Counted from the stretch's first letter, positions 9,401 to 19,340 are shown. The stretch: 64,000 nucleotides of DNA from Candidatus Buchananbacteria bacterium (GCA_030650095.1 JAUSEE010000007.1:16812-80811), one strand, 5' to 3'. Notes: generated by a model from the letters alone, not told the origin. Numbers and translations are program-made.

Positions 9401-12400
9401 TCTAAGAGCCAATTTATATCTTGAATATCGCCCAAACGCTTGGTATCACGGGCTAATTTGGTTTTATTGGAAGTGCAAGCTCCGGCCTCTACCGCGTCAC
9501 AATCGCTGCTGTCCCAACACTTATAAGAGTCATCGCCTTCGCAAGTGCCAATATTAGGTATGCCTCCGGCAAAAACCGAACCGACATTGAATTTCATAAA
9601 TTGAGCCATCTGAGCATAGATATTTTGCGTATCACTGTCCGCTCCCTCGCTGTAGGAAATTAAATAAATATTAGGATACAGGGCTCGAGCGTTGGTCGGT
9701 CGACCGTCTGGGCCGGCTGTGTCCGGCTCAACATTTATAGCATTAGCATAAATGGTTCGTCCTTCTTTAATAGCTTCATAACCGTTAACGGTTAAGCTTT
9801 GCGGATTGCCTTGGCGCGTAGGATCAAAATTCTCTCGATACCAAACCAGGGGTGAATAATGGTTGTCATTGGCTACCACCCTTATGCCCACGGCATCGCT
9901 TTTGTCGGTTCTTTGCAATAAAAATTCTTTTTTAAACGGATTACCGCCATAAACTATGGTGCTGGTATCCAAGTCCGGCAAATCGTCGGCCTCGCCCTCT
10001 TCGCCGTTATCACGACAATAATAAACTTCAAAATTGGTATTAGGACAAGGCGTGCCGCCGCAATTATCGGCTGCGTCACGATAAGGGAATGATCTGGGAG
10101 CTGGCCAAGGATTGGAACATAAAAATATTTTAATATTAACCTCTTTTTCTTTGGTAGAAGATGCGCCTTCGCCAGAGGGAGGATTTTGAGTGGCTCCAAC
10201 TGTTAGGACATCTTGGCCGTCTATAGCCCCAGTTACTCGGGCGCTTCTTAAATTAAGCCACTGATCACCGGAATAATCCGTTAGATCAAAATCAGATACG
10301 GCTAAATCAAACTTTGGCAAACCAGCTACATCCCAATTAAATCCGCCTTCGGCTTTGATTAAAAAGCCAGCGTCATTAACTGCCCAAGCCATATAAAGAT
10401 GCTGATTCTTGGCCAAATTAGGATCAATGGTGTTAGCGCCATCAACCCTTAAATAAGGAAAGTCGTAATCTTCGGTCGGTGCATCAACATTGGAACCGGA
10501 AGAAATATCGTTGTCGTAGCCATCGGCTGTATGAAGGCCGCAATCATCGCCCACGCAGAAAAAATTATCATCGTATTTTTCTTCGCCTCTGGGCCAGATT
10601 TCCACTTTAACATCACTGAGCTGGCAATATCTTTGAATTGTCACTTCTTTGGAAATTTTAGGCACATTATTTACAATCGGATCAAAATCTCCTTCGTAAA
10701 CACTTATTTTATATCTTTTATTCTTTTCCCAATAGCCGTTTTTAATGAAGCTGTAAATATGGCTATCCTGATTCATATATTCCAATCTTTCTTCAAAATT
10801 AGTGGCGTTTTGACTAACCACCGAATAACCGGCGCCGCAGCCATCACTTGAACCGGCTGAAGCGCTACTAGTAAAAAATTGGGAGATAGCTAATTTTATT
10901 TTGGAAATAATCTTGCCCCAGATAGTATCATCCGACATGGCTAAAGCGTCTCTTTTGCAAATAAAAATACTATTGGCGCTAATATCGCCTCGTTTGGCTA
11001 AAACCTGCCAAATGCCATTGGAACAATTATTCATATTAATGATTACTGCCGGATCATTAACCGCCGAGAAGGTCCAGGAGAAACTGTCGGCTTGACCGGC
11101 TTCCACTAAATCATTGCCGCAAACGGAATTATAAGCGACATTTGAGCCTTCTAAAAGACAAGTGCTGCCACAGCCGTCGTTAGTATTTTTATTGCTGTCA
11201 TCGCAATCTTCGCCTTGTTCTTTGATGCCATTGCCACACACTGGAACATTGGCAGAGGAACCACTGGGACGACCGGATTCTTTTAGACAAATACTGGAAC
11301 AGCCATCGCTGGAAGTGGTATTGCCATCATCGCAATTCTCGCCATATTCAATACTGGCGTTGCCGCAAAGTGATCCCCACCTATCGCTAGAGCCCTCCCA
11401 CAAACAATTCGATCCACAGCCATCATCACCATTGGCATTTCTATCGTCGCATTCTTCTTTGGCTGTTTCTACCACGCCATTGCCGCAAGAGGCTGTATTA
11501 TTATTGCCTTCATTATGGCAGGTGCCGCTGCAATAAGCAGATCCTGCCGGACACTCGGCAAACCGTCCGCCACATAGGTTAAGCAAGGGATTTAAAAGAC
11601 AACTGGCACCACAAACACCAGCTTGTTCTGTCCAAGGATAAATACCCGGTTCGCATTCCTCGCCTCCGCCTTCACCGGTGCTATTAAAATTCAATCTACT
11701 TAATTGGTTATTATTCCAAGCTATCAATCCATCTTCCCCGCCTTTTACAACTACCCTGTACTTTGATCCAATTTCATAATCAGTTGCTGATTTAACAGTG
11801 GTTTTTCTGGATAATTCCAAACCGCCGGAAGTTGGGGGCAAAACCGCCTCCAGTGTCTTAGGAGATAAATCAAACACCGGACAATCATTATTGCTGGTGT
11901 ATAAATATCCAACCTCGTTAGAAGTTAGAGCTCTGTCGTAAAATCTGACATCATCAATTAAGCCATTCCACATGCCGTGAATATTGTTATCAGCCCGATG
12001 GCCGATTCTACTTGGAACACCGGGGCTATAAGCTACAGATGCTGGTACATTAGTTATATCTTGAGCAACCAGTGCTCCATTTATATATAGTCTAACAGAC
12101 TGGCCCGGCTGATAAACACCCACGACATGCGTCCATTTATTTAAATTATCACTAAAGAAATTATTTTTATTGGCAATAGCAAAATTACCACTGCTATCAT
12201 AAACAATAAACTGAAAATGATCGGGTGGCGGACAAGGGCTTTCCTCATTTCCGGTACAACCCCAGAGATCACCCAATAAAAATCCTCGCTTCTTAGCGTC
12301 ATCTTCGTCATAATCATAATTAGAAAATACTACCCGGCCTAAGGGACTTTCCGGAGCCATCGGTTTCACCCAAGCCGAAACAGTTAGAGCGCCGGTGACT

Positions 12401-15400
12401 TTCAAATTATTATTTGTTATCTCAACATATTGTCCGGCATTACCTCGAAAGTTAAGCGCTTGGCCAAAATAGCCGGCAACATAAGAGAGACCTTTCACCA
12501 CCGCCTCATTGGAATTGCCAGAATTATCACTGGCGCTATTATCAAATTGATAATAAGCTTCGGCGTTAGTGCATTGATAAAGTTTAACATTATCGTTAAT
12601 CCTAAATGAGCTCATTTTAGCATCAATGTTAAAATCAATATTGATCAGCCTGTCTTCAAAATGAGTCAAATCCCTAGGACTGTATTTTATGACTGCCAGT
12701 TCGCCATAGCCAACCTGCAAATGGCCATAACCCCAGCTGTTTCCAACGTCAGCTCTGATATTGGTTTCGCCGTCTAAGCCGGCGGTGGCAGTTTGGACCG
12801 GATCAATTAAGCTATCGCTAAAGCCGCCGCAAATGCCAGTTTGAACATTTAATTTGGTAATGGAAGCTATGAGATCGCCGGTTTCACTGCTGTCGCCTAA
12901 TTCTATAAGCGATCGCCAAGTCCAATTAAGGAGACAGCGAGCTAGAATATTACAATTGCTGGCCTGAGGAAAAGCGTCATACTGACTGGTTTGATTGACA
13001 AATTCCAAGAAATTTTCGGCCGGGGTAACTTGAACCTCGCTAACCTCGCAAGTCTGAGTGCTGGTTTTAAAAACCCAATAATAATCATCAAAGTTATCGC
13101 CGTTATAATCCCAGCCGTCGCTTACCATAGGAATAATACTGTTTTCGGTTAACAAGACGCCATCAGGAATACCATCGCCGGAGCTATCGGCTCCGCCTAC
13201 CCCATCGGGACCGCCTAGAATAATCACCCGATACCACATATTAGAATCCAAATACTCATCAGCGGTTGCCTCTCCTTCCAAATCTTGGCTATTTATATCA
13301 ATAACAAAACCTTCGGCTGTGCCTTGGCCAAATTGATTGCTGCCGGCCAATAAATCTTCAACATTAACACTATGGCTATAGGTAAATATCCTTAAGCTGG
13401 AAGCTTCGGCTATTTTGATGCTTTTACAAGCCGGGAAAGCATCTTCAAAATCATCGCTGCCGTCGCATCTTTCCACAATAATATTGCCGTTGGCCGTGTC
13501 ATAGCCTTCGGTAATATTAGTGACTGTGTTTAGGGTTAAGCTGGGATTATCCATATCACGGCTGAACCTAGCAGCAATAAGAGCATTGCGGCAAGCATCT
13601 TTGGAATTAATCCAAGGAGTAGGGCTTTGGATAGATCCTCTGGAACAGAAAGCGCTTTCCATAACCACTGGATTGGTAAAATCAGTAATCACCCGGCAAT
13701 AATCATTTTGGCCGGTTTGCGTTAATTCGGCCAACACTTTGGTGAAACCAGGAATAAGATTATAATTTTCGCCGTAAGCCGTGCCTATTTGCTCCGGCTC
13801 TCCGCCAGTATTGGTTATTTGAACCTTAGATTCGTCTTCCGAAGACCAATCCCAATTATAAGCCCAGGGATCGATCATCAAGCAGACATTATCCTTACTG
13901 ATAAGATCAGTGCTGAATTGCTGTGTTTGGAAATAATAATTTAAAGTTTTAGGATCGGGATTGCATTCCGGACAGCCCGGATCACAATAAGCATTGGTTG
14001 TCCTGGTTTGAAAATTCCAGCAATAAACCGCATCAGTTATGCCGGAGACATTGCAAAATCTGTCGGCTACGACTTGATTATTAACAGCCATATCCACATT
14101 AAACAAACTCTTGATGCCACTGGTTAAAACAATTTTATACCAAGAACCAGCTTCAAAAGTAGCCGGACTGCTTATAGTGGGACTGCCGAATTTAAAATAA
14201 TCCCTTACGCCGTTGTCGGCCGGATAAACTGCAACCTCCCCTGTCACCAGAGTACAACTGGTGCCTTCTTTAGTGGTGCATTTATAAACTCTAACATGAT
14301 CTTCAACTGATTGGGCATTCATTTTTTGAGTGAACCGCGCCGAGATAGTGGCATTAATGCAAGCCTTAGGATCCTGGATTGATAATTCCGGATGAATAAT
14401 TGGATCCCAACCTTCGGTGGCTCCGACACCTTCATACCACGGAGCAGGACTGGGCAGTTTCTGATTGGGATAACAAGAAGCGACACGGCTGCAATCTTCT
14501 ATGACTTGCGGCGGTGTAAAACCATAGCCGTTGCCGTAGATAAAGGCCCAAGCAAAAATAGATTGGACAGCCGGATCAACTGTTACTCCCGGTGAACAAG
14601 TCGGATCAGTTTTTGTGCAAACAGCATCATCCCAACTACCGCTAACCGGGCAAACTTCGGTAGCTGTACAAGGAGAGAAATCGTCGCAACTTCTGGAGAA
14701 CCCAGGTTCGCAAGCATTGACTACCACTTGGCAGGTACAACTTTGGTTGGGATCGCAAAATAATCCGGTGTTACAAACATTGGCCGCCGAACAAACACTG
14801 GCTCCAGGTTCACCGCAAGGATCGCCTATTTCGCCACGGCTGATTATAAAATTATAATAATTGCTATATTCTGTACCATTATAAATCCTAATACTGGTGG
14901 TGCCTACGCCGCTTTCCGGCACTATGTCGCTAGCTAAAATGGAGCTAAGCCAGTCTACTTCCGGACTGGAAAAAATATCCGGTTGGAAATTCCACTGGAC
15001 TTGGCCGTCGGGAGAAGTGGGAAAATTATTACCGGCAATTTCTATCGGATTAGGATTAACCCCATAAACAGGGTCAATGGAACAAATACCCGGACGTTCT
15101 ATAGTGTTAACTGTAAATTCCTTAGAGTTGCTGGTTAAGCCGATATCATTTTCCACCACAACTTGATAATTATCCAAATCCACAGTGGGAACTTTGAAAA
15201 CAATTTGAGTATCGGTCCAGCCATTGATACAATCAGTGGCCGCATTGATTTCGCCATAAGCCACTATAACATCATCTTTTATCAGCATAACCGATCCAGG
15301 ACCAGCGCCAAAATGTCGTCCCCAAATAGTAATATAATTATCAACAGCTCCGTTATTCGGCTCCAGACTGTAAATAACCGGAGCAAAAGCACAAGTGCCA

Positions 15401-16380
15401 TCGTGCAGACAAACACCGGAAGCACAATCACTATCCTCGGTACAGCTGCCACCATCGCAAGCGCCGCAATAATCATCACCTAAAACAGCCGGATCGCCGC
15501 CGCAATCAACGCCGGTTTCGCCTTGGTCTTGAACATTATTAAAACAATGCAAGGGTTTGATAATAGTTTTGACTTCGCGAGATTCAATTGTCTTATCACC
15601 AGATAATAAGGCTGATATTTTAGCTTTATACTGATCATTAATAGCATAAGAGAGTGAATTCCAAGAAGCAAAAACATTATTAACAATTTCCTGATCTGTC
15701 GGCACATCAGAAAACGGGCTCTGAGCGGTAAAAGAACCGGCCAAAGGCGCCGTAAATAATTCCATGCTGACAACAGTGCCATCGCGATTTTTGGCATAGC
15801 CTCCCACCTTTAAATTTTCGCTATTGGGTATTCTAGCCACGCCGCTAAAAGCGGAGCCGATAATCCTCGACCAAGGAATGGAATCATCCTTGAATTTATT
15901 TATATAAGTGTATTGATTAGAAGTGCTGGGCGTACAAGGCGGATTATCGCAAGTGGGCGTACAAGGCGGCGTGGGGCAAGAATCAGTGGGACAATCCGCG
16001 CCCTGGCAGGTTGGTATGATACTGATGACAAAAGTAGCGATAAGAAAAGCCGACAAAATAATTATCAGTCCGATAACAGCCGAAATTAGTGTTCTTTTGG
16101 CTTTAGCTATTTTGTTAGCATCACCACCAGCCGTCATCCAAAGATAACCGCCCCACATAATTATAATTACTGCCACCAAGCCTAAAAATCCTAAGATAAA
16201 CCTGATGATATTAATTATAGTAATTCGTAGATCACCTTGAGCTAAGCCAACGCCGGCGGCGTTTTCCAAGCCAAACCGATCTTGAGCTAAAGCTAAATTA
16301 AAAATGCCAAAAACGCCAATAACCACAAAAGCTATAAGCGTTGATAAAATAATTTTTTTAATTGTCTTATTTAATCTCAT
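6448..16380 (-). CDS. Giant (3310 aa) surface protein: signal peptide, TrbC/VirB2-like (T4SS_pilin-type) domain, IPT/TIG, Ig-like (Big_5), LamG, Myxococcus-type Cys-rich repeats, TSP3 repeats, C-terminal vWA
   Basis: IIRFILGFLG..GGYLWMTAGGD..KAKRTL..AVIGLIII; PVIYSLEP..ITIWGRHFG (IPT); LTVSAWVKP..WTHVVGVY..LYING..GLIDDVRFYDRAL (LamG); CGNG..E.GE.CDDGN..DGCS..C repeats; DNCP..YNPDQ; IVFVNDLSASM..GTNP..VLMSDG (vWA MIDAS). Confidence 0.9.
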   Translation of the reverse strand: MRLNKTIKKIILSTLIAFVVIGVFGIFNLALAQDRFGLENAAGVGLAQGDLRITIINIIRFILGFLGLVAVIIIMWGGYLWMTAGGDANKIAKAKRTLISAVIGLIIILSAFLIATFVISIIPTCQGADCPTDSCPTPPCTPTCDNPPCTPSTSNQYTYINKFKDDSIPWSRIIGSAFSGVARIPNSENLKVGGYAKNRDGTVVSMELFTAPLAGSFTAQSPFSDVPTDQEIVNNVFASWNSLSYAINDQYKAKISALLSGDKTIESREVKTIIKPLHCFNNVQDQGETGVDCGGDPAVLGDDYCGACDGGSCTEDSDCASGVCLHDGTCAFAPVIYSLEPNNGAVDNYITIWGRHFGAGPGSVMLIKDDVIVAYGEINAATDCINGWTDTQIVFKVPTVDLDNYQVVVENDIGLTSNSKEFTVNTIERPGICSIDPVYGVNPNPIEIAGNNFPTSPDGQVQWNFQPDIFSSPEVDWLSSILASDIVPESGVGTTSIRIYNGTEYSNYYNFIISRGEIGDPCGEPGASVCSAANVCNTGLFCDPNQSCTCQVVVNACEPGFSRSCDDFSPCTATEVCPVSGSWDDAVCTKTDPTCSPGVTVDPAVQSIFAWAFIYGNGYGFTPPQVIEDCSRVASCYPNQKLPSPAPWYEGVGATEGWDPIIHPELSIQDPKACINATISARFTQKMNAQSVEDHVRVYKCTTKEGTSCTLVTGEVAVYPADNGVRDYFKFGSPTISSPATFEAGSWYKIVLTSGIKSLFNVDMAVNNQVVADRFCNVSGITDAVYCWNFQTRTTNAYCDPGCPECNPDPKTLNYYFQTQQFSTDLISKDNVCLMIDPWAYNWDWSSEDESKVQITNTGGEPEQIGTAYGENYNLIPGFTKVLAELTQTGQNDYCRVITDFTNPVVMESAFCSRGSIQSPTPWINSKDACRNALIAARFSRDMDNPSLTLNTVTNITEGYDTANGNIIVERCDGSDDFEDAFPACKSIKIAEASSLRIFTYSHSVNVEDLLAGSNQFGQGTAEGFVIDINSQDLEGEATADEYLDSNMWYRVIILGGPDGVGGADSSGDGIPDGVLLTENSIIPMVSDGWDYNGDNFDDYYWVFKTSTQTCEVSEVQVTPAENFLEFVNQTSQYDAFPQASNCNILARCLLNWTWRSLIELGDSSETGDLIASITKLNVQTGICGGFSDSLIDPVQTATAGLDGETNIRADVGNSWGYGHLQVGYGELAVIKYSPRDLTHFEDRLINIDFNIDAKMSSFRINDNVKLYQCTNAEAYYQFDNSASDNSGNSNEAVVKGLSYVAGYFGQALNFRGNAGQYVEITNNNLKVTGALTVSAWVKPMAPESPLGRVVFSNYDYDEDDAKKRGFLLGDLWGCTGNEESPCPPPDHFQFIVYDSSGNFAIANKNNFFSDNLNKWTHVVGVYQPGQSVRLYINGALVAQDITNVPASVAYSPGVPSRIGHRADNNIHGMWNGLIDDVRFYDRALTSNEVGYLYTSNNDCPVFDLSPKTLEAVLPPTSGGLELSRKTTVKSATDYEIGSKYRVVVKGGEDGLIAWNNNQLSRLNFNSTGEGGGEECEPGIYPWTEQAGVCGASCLLNPLLNLCGGRFAECPAGSAYCSGTCHNEGNNNTASCGNGVVETAKEECDDRNANGDDGCGSNCLWEGSSDRWGSLCGNASIEYGENCDDGNTTSSDGCSSICLKESGRPSGSSANVPVCGNGIKEQGEDCDDSNKNTNDGCGSTCLLEGSNVAYNSVCGNDLVEAGQADSFSWTFSAVNDPAVIINMNNCSNGIWQVLAKRGDISANSIFICKRDALAMSDDTIWGKIISKIKLAISQFFTSSASAGSSDGCGAGYSVVSQNATNFEERLEYMNQDSHIYSFIKNGYWEKNKRYKISVYEGDFDPIVNNVPKISKEVTIQRYCQLSDVKVEIWPRGEEKYDDNFFCVGDDCGLHTADGYDNDISSGSNVDAPTEDYDFPYLRVDGANTIDPNLAKNQHLYMAWAVNDAGFLIKAEGGFNWDVAGLPKFDLAVSDFDLTDYSGDQWLNLRSARVTGAIDGQDVLTVGATQNPPSGEGASSTKEKEVNIKIFLCSNPWPAPRSFPYRDAADNCGGTPCPNTNFEVYYCRDNGEEGEADDLPDLDTSTIVYGGNPFKKEFLLQRTDKSDAVGIRVVANDNHYSPLVWYRENFDPTRQGNPQSLTVNGYEAIKEGRTIYANAINVEPDTAGPDGRPTNARALYPNIYLISYSEGADSDTQNIYAQMAQFMKFNVGSVFAGGIPNIGTCEGDDSYKCWDSSDCDAVEAGACTSNKTKLARDTKRLGDIQDINWLLDDYHNQKRCSNDKFITCVNSAECYGGGTCGNFYPDLPSGTYISGRSFSVWPSWQATLGNVLGSALPVDPLNTSSGFDGCESPYDSITCWNDVAKSMQCPTAARVYAYFANNNGVIKNVYAFKEFISGSWRPADWSQVRFMDGDPFTLAVSSICRAFSGTCGDGIEDLDGPDNNPSTLEDNEDCSTCPFDVVCSSGNSCRQTGATWSCTPDSVDIDSDGDSILNASDNCPNDYNPKVGTPPTQPDTDSDNIGNACDNCASIKNGSSASLATCFDRNGDGNLGPLEKSACNQADNDGDTVGNACDNCPNDYNPDQAPDACVLPDCGDSVVQAGEACDDGNNTNAGTCNAQCSAATFCGDSVIQGLNGRGQSETCDDGNGFSGDGCSNVCAIEPNWTCSGLPSTCIVPLCGDGLKQATETCDCGDAVGPLSGPSDCGNTGLTYTTHNIPPGANLNNYFMPFWNLTSVTRHYCTSACVDQTVIFPYCHDGEWNAINEQCEGTKPDGSPTLSDGSFGWGEGESSTNQWACNNVCQDSGGWCGDGTVQAAQEQCEPGVGTYGHLCQSSCNWQACPPYDNSVLTLSAFSGSPSLATISGVPACNEFNKLKANFTINATIPKAIIVFVNDLSASMVIGEDKLTPLKSSLVTTIEDIFEAIPDAEIGLVSFVLRAQNDVSSSQCSDTLCGVDQIDVLRGIVNAYEADSGYNSWSGTNPSDALVKAQEIISSATTPNNLALNKYVVLMSDGQATNMLDCGDDENNYPNCRKTYVSDGGGGCLIRGGRYRYNCNVYGRPDGINFASNIKNYPLDPSIPKTLIYSVSYGADADPVELNKISSNDGDGSCGSGFCYFGDTGNLTALYNSIISNIMDNLKVNFDVAIDTATTHFSVNIPVSGSASLTGQEINLPAGFCTDNGNNRRVSVSGAGFDFSMSNLNLGYCPYYPGYVALETEAVGGNVAGIAEEASGPNKLFNLINVIGNLLFNFLGRIFRM

Positions 16381-16389
16381 AAATGAAAA

Positions 16390-19302
16390 CTATGGTTTGG
16401 GCACGCAAGTTCCAAAACAACAACCCGTACTGCCATCGCCTAAAACAGTTGAATGATCTTTGGTAATAATCCAACTACCGCCTAAATCTGTCGTGGTGGC
16501 ACTCTCATCATAATATAAAACCTTGCAAAAATTATCTGTCGAATCGCATTCATTGGCGTTTTCTATTTCCGGACAATTTAAATAACCATAAGAAGCCGGA
16601 TTAGTGGGCAAAACCGGAGCGCAACCAGCCGATAAGGCGTACCCGTTATAACTGCAGATCTGTCCTGATTTAGCAGCTTCTTTGGGGCCAGCGCTAGGCA
16701 GAAAACAATTCTGGCTGATTGATTGGAGGCCAGAACCGGCCAGCGGGCCATATTTGGTGGCTAAATCAAAATCATTATGGTTTAAGCTAGCCTTGGTAAA
16801 ATCAGCCCAGCCGTCGAAATTTTGATCCAAATCATTTTTTAAAGACCAATAGCCGACCGGCACAGCTGATTCGCTGATGGTTTGTAAAACCAAATATCTG
16901 ACTGATTTTTCCTTTGGAGTAGAACCGTAATTCCAACCTGGTTTTAGGGTAGAACTGCGCATCAATCTATCAAAGCTAAAATCAACTTTAGTTTTCGGGC
17001 TGTTAATTTGATCATCACCTACCGGTTCATCGGTTTTAAGCAGCGGAGCCTTTTTGTCTATCTCGCTGGAAATATTAAATGACCAGGAAAAATTATCACC
17101 GAAACCACTAAGGCCAAAAGCCGGAGTTGATGAACCGTAGCTTACCACTCTTGACCCAGGAGCAGAACAATCGCCTGGCTGGCAGATTATGCCTAAATTC
17201 AAATCATACTTACTGCGTCCGGATTTGCCTTCGCCACTGCCTGATTGACCTTGGGCAATGCCTATGGTTTTATTATTGTATTGATAAGTGTCAAAACTGC
17301 CGTTGAAAGCATTAAAACTCATATCCACCAGGCCGTTCATTTGCGGAGATAAAGGATAAAATACTTGCTTGCCATCAACAGTCTTAAGACAGCGGCCATG
17401 GCCATCACTTATTCCGCCCCAAGCCGAACATTTGGCGTCACTGGCGTTCATCAGGGTAGCCGAAGAAATCTCTACCTCATAAGGCTGGGCATTGCCAGAA
17501 ACCGGCCAACAGAACATAGTATCGCCGCAGCTATTTGTGCCACATTCATCGGGAGCCACCAGTTCTATCGTTTTATATTGATTGGATATTTCCACTGTAT
17601 AGCCGGTAATTGCAACACCAGCTCTTTTGACAATGATGCTATCTTCTATAACCGACGGATTAACCGCTTCATTGAAATTAATTTGAATGATTGTATTCCT
17701 ATAAGCGTCAGGCAGACCATTGGGCTCGCGATTCGGCTGCTGATCTTGGCCATTAGTTTTAGTAATAACGAAGTTGCTACTGGTGCCGATGAAATTTAGA
17801 TTATATTTAGCGGTAGCGGCGCCAGTCTGCTTGGTTTGAACGCAGTTAGCCCCGCAAGTTTCAAATAGATTGGTATCACTTATTAATTTATCATCAAAAC
17901 CGGCTGGATTAGGAATATCGGTGCCAAAAGTGTAGGTTTTAATAGTAGTGCTATTATCTTTAAGTTCCAATTTATCTCCATCTTGGTGAGCCACGACATT
18001 AAAAGTCCAAGAATTGCCACGGGCCACGACACCATCAGCATTAAAGACCAAGCCGTACGGACCTATATTCAAAATGGCTCCAGGCGGATCAAATTGGCCG
18101 CTGTTAAATGTGCCCATAGTTCCTGGCCAAGTGGTTTTTATTTCTCCAGTGCCGGAATCAACCCTAACTGTAACCAAGCCGGTAGCTGTACCGCCATAGT
18201 TGCCAGTAATGATTCCGGAAATAGTAGTGCCGCCCCCCTTAACAGCAGTACTATCGAAGGACGACAATGTTTCTAATCTAATATTAGCCAGAGTTAGAGC
18301 CACGGAAAATTGAGTGGCTGTCGGGCCGGAGGCCACGCCATAATCATCCAGCAAATCATCTGGGTAAGGATAAACACCAGCTAGATTAATAATTTCGGGC
18401 GGATCCAAATCTAATTCTCCATTAGTGGTAAATTGCCAAGCGTACTCTTCATTAAATAAGTTATCAAAGACTGATTTACCAGGCTCAGCCACGGTTTCTA
18501 TGCCTGACTTTAGATTGACCTTAAACCTCCGGTTGGCAAAATCTTCTAAGCCCAGATATTTATTTGGTATGATAGTAAATGTTCTGTCGTCATTACTGTC
18601 CACTATGCTGCCGGAAAAGGCGCCAACAGAAAATTCTTCGCCTTCTTCCTGACAGATGCCGTTATTATCAACTTGGCAGATTTCTATATTGGTCATGGCC
18701 GTATCAGTGCCGTTACAAACAGCCGCTCCACAGATAGTCTGGGGATTAATTTTTTCCTTGAAAGTCACAGCAATAGCGGTATTAATCGGCACATCAACTT
18801 GCCCCGGAGACGGATAAACGCTTTCAATCGGTCCTACGCCAATGCCCCAACGGCCCAAATCGCCAGGACCGCCGCCACCATGGCCATAGTCGCCACCGCC
18901 ACCAAAACCAGCCAAGATACCAATAATAAAAGCGGTTATAATATAGGATGATAAAATAATAATTATGCCGATAACCGTGTTAATCAGTATTTTTTTGGCT
19001 TTCTCAATTTTAGCCGGGTCACCGCCGGAAGTCATCCAAACAAATCCGCCATAAAGCACCATAATAACCGCAAAGATGCCTAAAAATCCCAAGATAAGTT
19101 GGATAATCCGAACAATAGCTACTCTTAAATCATTTTGAGGCAAGCCGATAGCCGCCGCATCAGCCAAGCCAAAACGGTTTGGAGCTTGAGCCAAGCCTAC
19201 ACTGGGCAAAATTAAGAGTAAAAAAAACGCCAAGAAAGATACCAAGAGTACTCTTTTGGCGATTTTCGACTTCTGCATGGATGAAAGCCGTGGACTAAAC
19301 AT
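16390..19302 (-). CDS. 970-aa surface protein with the same TrbC/VirB2-like pilin N-terminal domain followed by Ig-like (Big_5) domains
   Basis: IIQLILGFLG..YGGFVWMTSGGD..EKAKKIL..TVIGIIII; VYPSPGQVDVPINTAIAVTF; RNTIIQINFNEAVNP; Cys-rich C-terminus. Confidence 0.88.
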   Translation of the reverse strand: MFSPRLSSMQKSKIAKRVLLVSFLAFFLLLILPSVGLAQAPNRFGLADAAAIGLPQNDLRVAIVRIIQLILGFLGIFAVIMVLYGGFVWMTSGGDPAKIEKAKKILINTVIGIIIILSSYIITAFIIGILAGFGGGGDYGHGGGGPGDLGRWGIGVGPIESVYPSPGQVDVPINTAIAVTFKEKINPQTICGAAVCNGTDTAMTNIEICQVDNNGICQEEGEEFSVGAFSGSIVDSNDDRTFTIIPNKYLGLEDFANRRFKVNLKSGIETVAEPGKSVFDNLFNEEYAWQFTTNGELDLDPPEIINLAGVYPYPDDLLDDYGVASGPTATQFSVALTLANIRLETLSSFDSTAVKGGGTTISGIITGNYGGTATGLVTVRVDSGTGEIKTTWPGTMGTFNSGQFDPPGAILNIGPYGLVFNADGVVARGNSWTFNVVAHQDGDKLELKDNSTTIKTYTFGTDIPNPAGFDDKLISDTNLFETCGANCVQTKQTGAATAKYNLNFIGTSSNFVITKTNGQDQQPNREPNGLPDAYRNTIIQINFNEAVNPSVIEDSIIVKRAGVAITGYTVEISNQYKTIELVAPDECGTNSCGDTMFCWPVSGNAQPYEVEISSATLMNASDAKCSAWGGISDGHGRCLKTVDGKQVFYPLSPQMNGLVDMSFNAFNGSFDTYQYNNKTIGIAQGQSGSGEGKSGRSKYDLNLGIICQPGDCSAPGSRVVSYGSSTPAFGLSGFGDNFSWSFNISSEIDKKAPLLKTDEPVGDDQINSPKTKVDFSFDRLMRSSTLKPGWNYGSTPKEKSVRYLVLQTISESAVPVGYWSLKNDLDQNFDGWADFTKASLNHNDFDLATKYGPLAGSGLQSISQNCFLPSAGPKEAAKSGQICSYNGYALSAGCAPVLPTNPASYGYLNCPEIENANECDSTDNFCKVLYYDESATTTDLGGSWIITKDHSTVLGDGSTGCCFGTCVPKP

Positions 19303-19340
19303 AAAGCATGTGATTTATTTAGTTTGTCTTAATTTTATTT

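Noticed and set aside
6448-16380. Diversity-generating retroelement target in the giant protein
   Set aside because: No reverse transcriptase and no template/variable repeat pair differing at adenines seen in the window.
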